This document shows positions 23,823-42,110 of a stretch of DNA of 64,000 bases, piece after piece (position 1 is the stretch's first letter; each line of letters starts with the position of its first letter). The notes under the pieces were generated by a model, which saw only the letters and a list, made by a program, of their open reading frames with translations, was not told the DNA's origin and did no database searches. A program made the position numbers and the translations under genes. Origin of the DNA: Zygnema circumcarinatum SAG 698-1b. Lineage: Eukaryota > Plantae > Zygnematophyceae. Location: positions 806,001 to 870,000 of the forward strand of contig CM074813.1 of assembly GCA_037447605.1 (NCBI GenBank), given 5' to 3'.

Positions 23823-24028
23823 CCAATGGGCGCACACCACGCGTCACTGCAGACAGAAAACCAATGGGGGTACGCCACGTGTCCTTGCCGCCGCACATGT
23901 GGTCTCCGGCTGCTGTCCGCGCGCGCCGTACCGCCGCCCGCCATTCGCGCTGCCATACCGTACGGTAACTGTACGGCACTTGTACGATTGGGATGGGTCC
24001 GTACATAAAAGCGTACGAATTCGTACGG
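23823..24028 (+). promoter_or_regulatory. Two tandem CCAAT-N9-CCACG elements plus a cluster of seven GTAC cores
   Basis: CCAAT-N9-CCACG at 23823-23841 and 23861-23879; GTAC at 23928, 23960, 23971, 23982, 24001, 24013, 24023. Confidence 0.55.
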
Positions 24029-24974
24029 AGGGCCTCTGCGAACGCGGAAGGGCGTGAGCTGGCGCTGCAGGCGACCCTCTGCGCGTCTCCCGGGCCTGAC
24101 CGTTGCAGGGAGGAGGGGAGGGGAGGGGGGGAGGGGGGGAGGGAGAGGGGGACGGAGAGTGGGACGGAGAGGGGGAGGGGGAGGAGAGGGAGAGGGAGAG
24201 GGAGAGGGAGAGAGAGGAGGGAGTGGAGTGGGGAAAGGGGGAGGTAGGGGGGGAGGGAGAGGAGTGATGGAGGGAGAGAGGGGAAGGACTGGTTGAAAGA
24301 GTGGAGGAGATCAGTAAGAGGGAGAGAGGGAGGGAGGGAGGGAGGAAGGAGTGAGAAGGGAGGAGAGGTGATTGTGGAGGACAGAAGGGGCTCCTTATGG
24401 AGGATGAATGCTGGAGGAGGGAAAGCAGGTTCAGAGCTCGTACGTGTGCAGGAAGGCTGCGCGTGGGAAGCAGTAAAGCGGTGAAGCAGGGTGACCTGAA
24501 GGAGGGCGTCGCCTCGCGGAAGGTGCAGGGAGGCGGGAGGGCGTGTTGAGGGGGAGGAAGAGGAAGGAGGGAGAGAGAGGGAGAGGGAGGAAGGGACTGC
24601 GGGATCGAGTGAGGGACAGTGAACAAGGACCATAGACACAGACATCCCATTTTAGGGTTTACATAGAAAAACTATAATCGATTAGCAAGTATGCTGACGT
24701 AAGCATGCTGACGTAAGCCCTTACCCTAAATTTTAAAGTCTTCTGCTTTACTCTTATCAGTTCGAACCCTAAATGCTAATAGCTACTTAGGGAGGCAGAA
24801 ATAAGTCGCAGAACCAACCCTGATTTGATAATCGGCTTAATAACAGCAGTGTGAGCAGATTGTAATAGAGCGTAATTAACTGCATTCACTGCTTTAATAG
24901 GGGTATTAGTAGGTGTTATAGGGAATATTAATAGGGTATAAAAAGCCTAAGATAAGCACTTAGATTTGGGTTTG

Positions 24975-26502
24975 ATGGAATATTATGGACCCCCGGAAGG
25001 CCATCCGGCGAACTACGGAATTGGGAGCACGAATATGGGGAACTCTCTGCTGGAACAGGGGGGAGGGGGAGGCGGTGAGGAGGAGTGGAGGGAGGAGAGG
25101 GACGAGGGGAGGGAGAGAGGGGTTGGAGAGTCAGGGTTAGGAGGGGGAGGAGGGTCAATGGGAGGAGGAGGGAGAGGAGGACCGTCGACGACAAATTTGG
25201 AACGTGAGTGAAACAAATTATTCAAAGCTATGTCGTTGCGTTGTGCAGTGTATTAGTGGATCTATTGATAGGGAATGTGTAAGTTTTGAGTTATTTTGAG
25301 ATAATTGGGTTAGGTTTGGAGCAATTTGGGTTGCAAGTAGTGAGAGATGATGGATATGGAGGGATGGATTAGTGGTATCCAGCTTGGATTTGAAGGATTT
25401 TCTGTACTTTTTCCCCTTAGCCTTAGGGGACTTTGAAGGTGTGATAGAAGAGAAGAGCTGTTCTAAATTCCAGCAGAGGCGGATCTGGCTTAGGCTTTGG
25501 CGGAAATGTTTTAGTGTGTTTCCTAAATGTTGAATTTTATTTTAGGGTGGAATGATGATGTTGAAGGAATGGTGTAGGTCACTTTTTGTGGTCTGACTGG
25601 GATAGGAATGCTGAAGGGAGTGAGCGGAGTGGGAGTGACGGGAGGTGATTGAGGAGGGGGGAGAAAGGGAGTTTAGAGGAGAGTGGTGCTGGAGAGAGGA
25701 GGGGAGAGGAAGAGAGCGAGGGGATGGGAGGAAGTGCGGATAGAGAGGTGGACGGGAGGTGGAAGGTAGCATCCTTTCCACCACATCTACTTACCGTTCG
25801 AGGGAGAGAGAGAATGGGTAGGGGTGGTAGAAGGGCGAGGATAGGGAAATCGCGGCGGTCAGTGGAGGGAAGGAGGAAAGAGTTGGCAGGTGATTCGTAT
25901 TGGGGTGGAATGTAGTGGAGCAGCAGATGGGGAAGGAGGGCGGGAGGAGGAGGGAAGAGGAGAGACGGAGTGAGGAGAGGGGAGGGTGGAGGGGGAAGGA
26001 TCTGTTGAAGGATGGTAGAGAGGCAGGAGGGAAGAGGGAATGCTTGGCGAGGAGATGGCAGGGAGGTAGGGGGAAGGACCGAGGAGTGAATGCAAATTAA
26101 ATGGCAGTAAAAGGAATGAGCGAAGTAGCTGGAGACTTGGGAGCATGTGTTAGGAGCGAAGGAGTGGAGTGCAGATAGAGAGTGAGGGATACTAAAATGC
26201 AGTGCATGTGCCAAGGGTAATGAATGGACGAGAGCAATGCATTCCTAGGCATGCACCATGCGCCCATGCCTTCTCCTGCTCCATGTGCGACTATGTGCTT
26301 AGCCAGTCCCTGTTTCCGTTCCGTTCCGTGTCCGTGCCCGCAGACGCGTTCTTCCAGATCAGTCTGCAGGAGGGCGCGGGCGGCCCCGGTCTGCCCGAGC
26401 GGCCCGGGCAGCCGGACTGCAGCTTTTACCTGCGGACCGGCACGTGCGACTACGGGATGACCTGCAGATACAACCACCCGGCCAACAGGAGACAGGTAGA
26501 GA

Positions 26503-26568
<66 letters not shown>

Positions 26569-29038
26569 TTCTCTCCCTGAACCCTCTTTCTCACTCTCTC
26601 TGGAAGTCGATTTGCATGTCTCTCTCTCTCACACTGTCTTTCTTTCCCTCTCTCGCACTCCAACTGTAGACCCTTTTGTCTCCCTCTCTCTCTAAGTCTA
26701 ATGTGTGTCTCACTAGTCTTCTCACCATCACTCTGTATGTAGTTGTGTAATTTCCTAAGTCCTTGTTTACCATCCTAATTAACATGTTCCCTGCACCCTC
26801 ACTCCTCTCTCTGTCGTCAGCAGGTTTTCAGGCTTTAAGTCTCTTTCACACTTCCTGCCTCTCCTGCCATGCACCTCAGTTTCTTTCTGATACCTTCGTT
26901 GCTATCACTCCCCTTTTTCTGTCTACCTCATCTATGCTTCTACTCTCTCTAACCTTTCTCTCTTCTATCTGTCTTTCTCACGTTCCCAACTTTCTCATTA
27001 TTTTGTGTTCACTTCTCCTGCTCTTCACCCTGTGTCACTTTGCACTTCTCTCTCGATGATTACTCCTCCCTCGTCCCTCTCATCCTTTCCTTTCTCTCTC
27101 GCCCCATCTACCACTCTACTGCCTACCCTCTAAGCACACCTCATACTTTCTCTGTGTCCCTTTCCACACCTCCCCTCTCTCCCTTGCCCAATCCCTATCC
27201 ACCTTCCTTCTCTCTCTGCTCTTCTCTCTTTCAGCGGTGTTGCTCGTCTCTCTCTGCCTGAATATTCTGTCTATCACAGAAGCGCTTTTCTGAAATTCCT
27301 TCGTCGATGAAGTTAACTGCTATGAGTTGCTCTGTAAGTTGAGGCTGTATCTGGGTCCTAGTTGAACTGCAACCTAACTGTAACTGTAACTGTCATGTAA
27401 ATACTGAGTTCAGGCAGCAGGGGCCGGCCAACGGAATACGGGACTGGTCACAAGGGGAGGGGAGCATCCGGAACGACCCGGACATCAAGACTGCCAGGTC
27501 AGCATTTGTATGGTGAACAAGTATTTCGAAAAAGAAACAGATTTTTTCAGGTTCAGGTTCAGAGTAGGGTTTGGAGAGTCAGAATGTTCATGTTTCCAGG
27601 GCTCTCATATATATTTTTTTTTTTTAACAGTTGCAAACTCTATGAGGTTCTTAGAAACTCCTCGCAATTTGTAGGTTTAACATTTTTCTTCTTAAGTGGC
27701 TGTCGAACTGTCGACTACATTGTTTATGTTTTCATGAGTCATCAATGATGGTAGAACGAAGGGTTTGGATTCTGAGCTGGCAGTTTTACTTGAAGACTGG
27801 GACGTGCAAGTTTGGATCCACCTGCAAGTTCAACCATCCTCGGGATAGAGGTGGATCCGCGGGAAAAGTTCCACTTCTAAATATGGCGGGCTTCCCGTTG
27901 AGACCTGTAAGCGCCGTTTCCTTCAAACTGAAATGGCAAGTTCCGTGTTGCTTGCAGCTTCTGATTCCAGTCTGGTTTCAGTTCCGTTGTCATTCACACA
28001 TGTGAATCTTCATTTCAAGTGGAACCTTTGCTTATTCCCTCAAAATTGTAACTCTAGAAGACCCTGAAATCAACCGAGTAGTTGCAAAAGAGCCCTACCG
28101 CTACAGCCATTTCTAGACTTCACAAACCCTACAGTTTTTAGGGTTTTGATAGAATGTCGAATCCATAATTCCCATTCAAACTAGGAAATCGGTTCCTCGT
28201 AGACCCGAAAAAAGGCTTCTCTCTTCCCGAGTATCCCCAGCGAGCCTTCAAGCTTCTCAAAAATCCAAAGATTTCCGACCGTCTCTGAACCCTCGTACCT
28301 CAACCTTTCACTCTTTCTCACTGTCCTCCCTCAACACTGAAAAAGCGGGTAACAACTCCCACACAAGCGCAAAACCAAACCTTTCCAAACCTCACGACCT
28401 AGGAAACCCCTTTCTACTTCAGCAACCCATTCCTCCTATCCTCCGAACGCTGCAAAGACTTTAACCATACAACCTGAACCCTCCCTGCCTCCCTCCCTCC
28501 CTCCCTCCCTCCCTCCCTTCCGGAGGCCCTCTAACCTGTTCAACCCTAAAACCCTAACTCTAACCCTAATTCTATTCCCTCCCACCCTCCCTCCCTCCCT
28601 CCCTCCCTCCCTCCCTTCCAGAGGCCCTCTAACCTTTTCAACCCACAACCCTAACTCTAACCCTAATTCTACTCCCTCCCTCCCTCCCTCCCTCCCTTCC
28701 TCCCTCCAGGGCGAAAAGGAGTGCGCGTACTTCATGCGCACCGGGGAGTGCAAGTACGGCAGCACCTGCAAGTTCCACCACCCCCCCCCCCACCTCCCCC
28801 CCCCGCCCTTTGCCCCGCCCGGGGGAGCCCCTGGGGCGCCGCAGGTCGCGGGCTCGAACCCCGGCGCCGGCGCGGGCCTGGGATGGGGCCCCATGGCAAG
28901 GCCGTACCTCGCGCCGAGGCTGCACTCGGGGGGGGGGTACCCGCCCATGATGCTGCATGCGCCGGGGATGATGCCGCTACCAGGATGGGGCTTTCAGGTG
29001 GGCCTCTCTCTCTCTCTGTCTCTCTCTCTCTGTCTCTT

Positions 29039-29070
<32 letters not shown>

Positions 29071-29115
29071 TCTCTCTGTCTCTTTCTCTCTCTCTCTCTC
29101 TGTGTGTGTCTCTCC

Positions 29116-29146
<31 letters not shown>

Positions 29147-29151
29147 TGTCT

Positions 29152-29182
<31 letters not shown>

Positions 29183-31919
29183 GCTCTCACTCTCTATCGC
29201 TTGTTTCTTGCTCTGTTTGCGCTGTTTGCAGCCTCCTCTTTCCTTACTTTCGCTCTCTGGATATCTCTCCTGATCTTGGTCCATTAGTGAACGGATGGTT
29301 GGCTGTCGCTTTCACGTGCACATTTTCTCTCTGTTCTATTCTTTTTTTTCTCTCTCGTGTTCGTTGCACTCTCTTCCTCTCTCCGTCATTATGTCTCTAC
29401 ATGAATTTTGTCGTATCACTTGTCTTTTGTGTCCTCTTCGCTTTCATGTTTTCCTTTTCACTCCTTTCCTTTCCCTCGATCTTCCTTATTCTTGTTCTCT
29501 CTCCCTCTAGCCCGTCGTCCTGTGCTTCATGTCTCTTTTCACATGCGAATTTCTTCCCTCCCTCTCTCTTTCCCCTCCTTTCCCTCCCCTCTCCCTTCCC
29601 CTGTCCCTCTCCTCTTCCCCTCCACTCCCTCTCCCCACCCCTCCCCTGTCCCTCTCCCCTTCCCCTCCACTCCCTCCCCCCTCCCCTNNNNNNNNNNCTC
29701 CCCTTCCCCGCCCTCCCCTCCCTTCCCCTCCTCTCCCTCCCCCCTCGCCCGCCCTCCCTACTCCCTCCCTCCCTCCCTCCCTCCCTCCCTCCCTTCCTCC
29801 CTCCCTCCCTAACCCCTCCCACCCCTCTAGCCGCAGCTCCCGCCTCTCCCCCCCCCCGAGGCCTCCTCCTCCTCCCTCCCCTCCCCCGGCTACTCCTTCG
29901 CTCCCTCCGCCGACCCCCAAGGCCTCCTCCCTCACTATGCCGCGCAGTTCACGCCGACCGGAACGGCGTCGCAGGGAACCGGCCCCGGGGTTCAGAGCTC
30001 CTCGGGCTTAAGCTTAAGCGGCGGCGGCGGGGTTCAGCGGGAGGGCGGCCTCCCCCTCCCTCTCCCTCTCCCTCTCCCTCTCCCTCTCTCCCTCCCGGAG
30101 CGGCCCGGGCAGGCGGAGTGCGCGTACTACCTCCGGACGGGCCTCTGCAAGTACGGACCGCTCTGCAAGTTTCACCACCCGCGGGAGAGGGGGGGCGGGC
30201 TATCCGCCGCCGCGCACCTCGGCCCTATGGGACTGCCCCTGCGCCCGGTCGGTGGCTGGCTTAAACCCTGATTTAGGAAATGGCTGAAAACCTGATGTTG
30301 GAACTGGCTCACAACCAGAGATTGGAGCTGGCTTAAACCCTAATTTTGGAATTGGCTGAAAACCTGATATTGGAACTTGGCTTAAACCCTAATTTTGGAA
30401 TTGGCTGAAAACCTGATGTTGGAACTTGGCTTAAACCCTAATTTTGGAATTGGCTGAAAACCTGATATTGGAACTTGGCTTAAACCCTAATTTTGGAATT
30501 GGCTGAAAACCTGATATTGGAACTTGGCTTAAACCCTAATTTTGGAATTGGCTGAAAACCTGATATTGGAACTTGGCTTAAACCCTAATTTTGGAATTGG
30601 CTGAAAACCTGATATTGGAACTTGGCTTAAACCCTAATTTTGGAATTGGCTGAAAACCTGATATTGGAACTTGGCTTAAACCCTACTTTTGGAATTGGCT
30701 GAAAACCTGATATTGGAACTTGGCTTAAACTCTACATTTGGAATTGGCTGACAACCTGATATTGGAACTTGGCTTAAACCCTAATTTTGGAACTGGCTGA
30801 CAACCTGAGCTTGGAACTGACTTAAACCCTAATTTTGGAATTGGCTGAAAACCTGATATTTGAAACTTGGCTTAAACCCTAATTTTGGAACTGGCTGACA
30901 ACCTGAGCTTGGAACTGACTTAAACCCTAATTTTGGAATTGGCTTGATATTGGAACTTGGCTTAAACCCTAATTTTGGAATTGGCTGAAAACCTGATATT
31001 GGAACTTGGCTTAAACCCTAATTTTGGAATTGGCTGAAAACCTGATATTGGAACTTGGCTTAAACTCTACATTTGGAATTGGCTGACAACCTGATATTGG
31101 AACTTGGCTTAAACCCTAATTTTGGAACTGGCTGACAACCTGAGCTTGGAACTGACTTAAACCCTAATTTTGGAACTCAGATCATCGCGAAACTGGAGCT
31201 GGTTGAAAACCCTAACGTCGGCCTGCAAATGGAGAATAAATATTTGAAACCTAAGTTTTGGGATTTTGATGGTGTTTAGGGCCTTACATTTTTTGAAAGG
31301 TTTGAAGTCTTTGGAGTTTTTTTTGGTGTTTCTTGGGGGCTTGTATGGTGATTTTAGTTTTGAAAAAACCCTTGATCTGTTGATTTAGTGCTTGCGACCC
31401 TGAGCCGAAGCTTGCTGTTTTTAGGGTTGTGGTAATAGTGTGGTTTTTGGATCTCCATGAACTGAGTTCGAGTGTATAAGTTGTTTTGAAATTCCGAAAT
31501 TTTCGGTGAAGTTTTGAATGTTTGGATCTTCTTGTATTAAGATATGGTTCAAGTTCTCAAATGAAACTGAACTTTTACAATTCTGAACGTCGAATCGTAT
31601 ACCCTAAAATCTCATAACCCTAAACTTTTTTTTCCTTTGACGTTTGCTGCTGCAGGGTTTGCAGCCCTGCACGTACTATCTCCGTTTCGGAAACTGCAAA
31701 TTCGGAGCTTTGTGCAAATTTGACCACCCAATTCGTGACATGAATGCCGTACAGATGGGAAGTTTTCCGTTTGTGGCAACGGATAACGTTTTAACGGACG
31801 GTCACATAGAGCCTCTCGGAGGTCAAGCAGAGTCCCCTGCCCCTCCTCCTTATAATGAGGGGCAGGAATCCCAGGAAGGAGGGCAAATATATGGAATTAA
31901 TTTGGGGCCGACCGGCTGA
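24975..31919 (+). CDS. Tandem CCCH zinc-finger protein with five C-x8-C-x5-C-x3-H fingers (3+2), plant ZFN1/C3H32-type
   Basis: Exons 24975-25203, 26344-26495, 27414-27497, 27784-27906, 28710-28997, 29831-30247, 31656-31919. Each finger is preceded by a PERPG/PLRPG lead-in, e.g. [29 protein letters not shown]. Confidence 0.93.
30257..31177 (+). repeat. 49-bp tandem minisatellite (about 18 units) in CCCH gene intron
   Basis: Unit GGCTTAAACCCTAATTTTGGAATTGGCTGAAAACCTGATATTGGAACTT, period 49 (30379 to 30428), no spacers. Confidence 0.95.
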
Positions 31920-32186
31920 ACGGGCAGCTGCTGAAAAAAGGTTTCGAAGACGCACAAACAAGAGCGATTCGAAGATCGCTACAATCTAAGGTTTGGGAAA
32001 ATATGGGGTATAGGACAAAATTGAGAGAGGGATTTCTGCTCAGTCTCCTTCTCTCCTTTGTCTGTTTCCCTGCGACGGGAAACCTCTGGATGGTGGGCAG
32101 ACCAGAAAAGAAAAGGAAACAAAAAAAAGGAGATAAAAAACAGGGGGTTTGGTGCTGAGGAGGAGATCGGGTGCAAATGGGGTGTA

Positions 32187-32221
<35 letters not shown>

Positions 32222-33051
32222 NNNNNNNNNNCCCCCCCCCCCCTCCCCTCCCTCCTCCCACTCTCGCCCTCCTCCCTCCTTTGTACACTCGGGCTGATCG
32301 ATGAATAAGTCGGCGTTGTTGCCGACCAGGATTGGATTTGCTTCCAGGGTTCAGGGATGGCCTGGAATGGCCAATAACAGGCAGGGCACGGGCGGTTCTA
32401 TGTTAGCGGGGTTGTAGTTCCGTTGTTCGCTAGAAAACAAGGACATGAATTGACGAAGTTTGGAAAACACCGCATGTTAATGGGGGATTGTGGCTATATT
32501 TGTCTGACCTTGTTTGCCAAGTTGATGATTTAAGGCAGTAAAGTCTCCCTCTCTCTCATTGCCTCCCTCTCCCTTTCCCTCTCGCACTCTCTCCCTCCTC
32601 TCTCCCCTCTCCCCTCGTCCTCTACCTCTCCTACTCCCTCCCTCTCCCTCTCTTTCCCTCCCCTCTCCTTCCCCCCACCTCCCGCCTTCCGCTCCCTCTT
32701 CGTTATATGTGTTTCATGTGTACACTACTTTACCCATACAATTACATGCAGTACACGTAAGGTGCCCTGCAGTCCGCCTGCAAGTTCTTGAACACAACAC
32801 TCTTAGTGTGGGCCATACTGATTGTGAATCAAGCACAAATCAAGCTCCACATCAAACACGTCAAAAGCGCAAATACAAATTCTATGCTTCTGGACCATCT
32901 TAGATGCCAAATCTTGACATTCAACATGGATGTGGTCAATCTTTGGATTCAAATGAATAGCTGAGCTGTATACAGAATGTCTGCCAAGCCGTGCTTTTGT
33001 GGACCCGTACAAACACCTTCCTTTCCATCACTATCGAAAGCCTATTTGAGT

Positions 33052-33090
<39 letters not shown>

Positions 33091-33100
33091 NNNNNNNNNN

Positions 33101-33139
<39 letters not shown>

Positions 33140-33372
33140 CCTAGAAACGCTGAAAACCAGGCCGTATTGAGTAGAAAATAATGCTGATGCACCAAACAAA
33201 TTGATGTAGAGGTGGCAAAGAATAGATCGCAGGTTCTATGTGGGACTCCCTCTTTACCTCAGTTCTAAACCTTCTTTAAGACGCACTGAAGGTGCGGAGA
33301 CCGTAATTGAAGTCACTTTTCCATGCGTGCGAAAGGTAATAATACCAAGAATTAATTTTGAGCGAGGATAAA

Positions 33373-40860
<7,488 letters not shown>

Positions 40861-42110
40861 AGCAGGCGACGCCTACGTCTCTCCCACTCTCCCTCCCCCT
40901 CTCTCACTCTCTCCCACTCTCCCTCCCCGTCCCTTTCTCTCCACTCCCTCTCTCCCCCTCTCACGCCCATGTGAAGCTCCGCATTCTGGCGGAGCACGGC
41001 ACCACCTGGCGCTTCCTGAACCTTCCTTCGCGCGTGCCAAGTTTTACATGTGCGACGACGCGCTCCCGTTGGCCGCGGCGCAGTCCGTACCGCCCGGCAG
41101 TCGCGGAATGTCGGTGCCGGCCTGTCATTGGCTGCAGCATGGAGGATGACGCCACTCAGTCAACGCCACGTCAAGTTCCTTGTCACGTACCAATCATGTG
41201 CCGTTCGTACGACTCGTAGATCCAGGCAAGCTGCCACGTGACAGATTCTCATTGGCGGTAACTGCTCGAAAGACGGCGGCCGAAGGGATTCCATCTGCCG
41301 TTCAAGTTGAACGGTCCAACCGGCTCGTACTTGCGGACGGTTGGAGGTCAACGATTTTGAGACTTCGGTTCGGAGGTTGCAAAACTTTCCGCCTCGGTTT
41401 GCAACTCGTCGCTGCCAACTGGCGGACATGAAAACCGTAAACCATGACGAGACGGCCATGGAACGCGGCCTGTAGGTGTAAATCGCTGCGACGGGGACGA
41501 CACTGAACTGTGAACGGCGACAGTTGGACGCTGTTGGGTCAGGCCAGGCATCGGCCAATACCACCACGTGGTCTTAATCACGTCCTGGGCGAGGGAGTGG
41601 GGGAGGGAGGGAGAGGGGGAGAGAAAGGGAGGGAGGAGAGAGGGAGAGAGATGGAGAGACAGGGAGAGAGAGGGAGGGAGAGGGAGGGAGGGAGAGGGAG
41701 AGAGATGGAGAGACAGGGAGAGAGGGATGGAAAGGGAGAGAGTGGGAGAGAGAGGGGGCGAGAGGGAGAGAGGGAGAGAGGGCGACAGGTAGAGAGAGGG
41801 AGAGAGAGGGAGAGCGAGAGGGAGAGGGAGAGGGAGGGGGAGAGGGAGAGCGAGAGGGAGATAAGAGAGACCGAGGCAAATTTAACCGCGATGCAGTGCC
41901 AAGCCGTTGGAATATGACAAAAAATACAGAAATGGTGCGCGCCAAAAATGAGGGAGTTCCTCGAAAAGTGCGAATGCCCACAAAACTGAAAACCAAAAAT
42001 CCCAAAGCCCTGACCGGACTGCTCTCTGAACCCTTCCCTGTCTCAAGGCCCAAACCATCCCACGTTCGCCGTCACTTTACAAACCTCGAAAAACTGCGAA
42101 ACCTCTGCAA

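Noticed and set aside
30257-31177. Possible CRISPR array
   Set aside because: Units are contiguous with no unique spacers, lie in a spliceosomal intron, and no cas genes are present.
32803-33350. Additional minus-strand ORFs downstream of LPCAT
   Set aside because: They lie after the LPCAT stop (33373) and are most simply 3' UTR, possibly with a UTR intron; no homology recognised.
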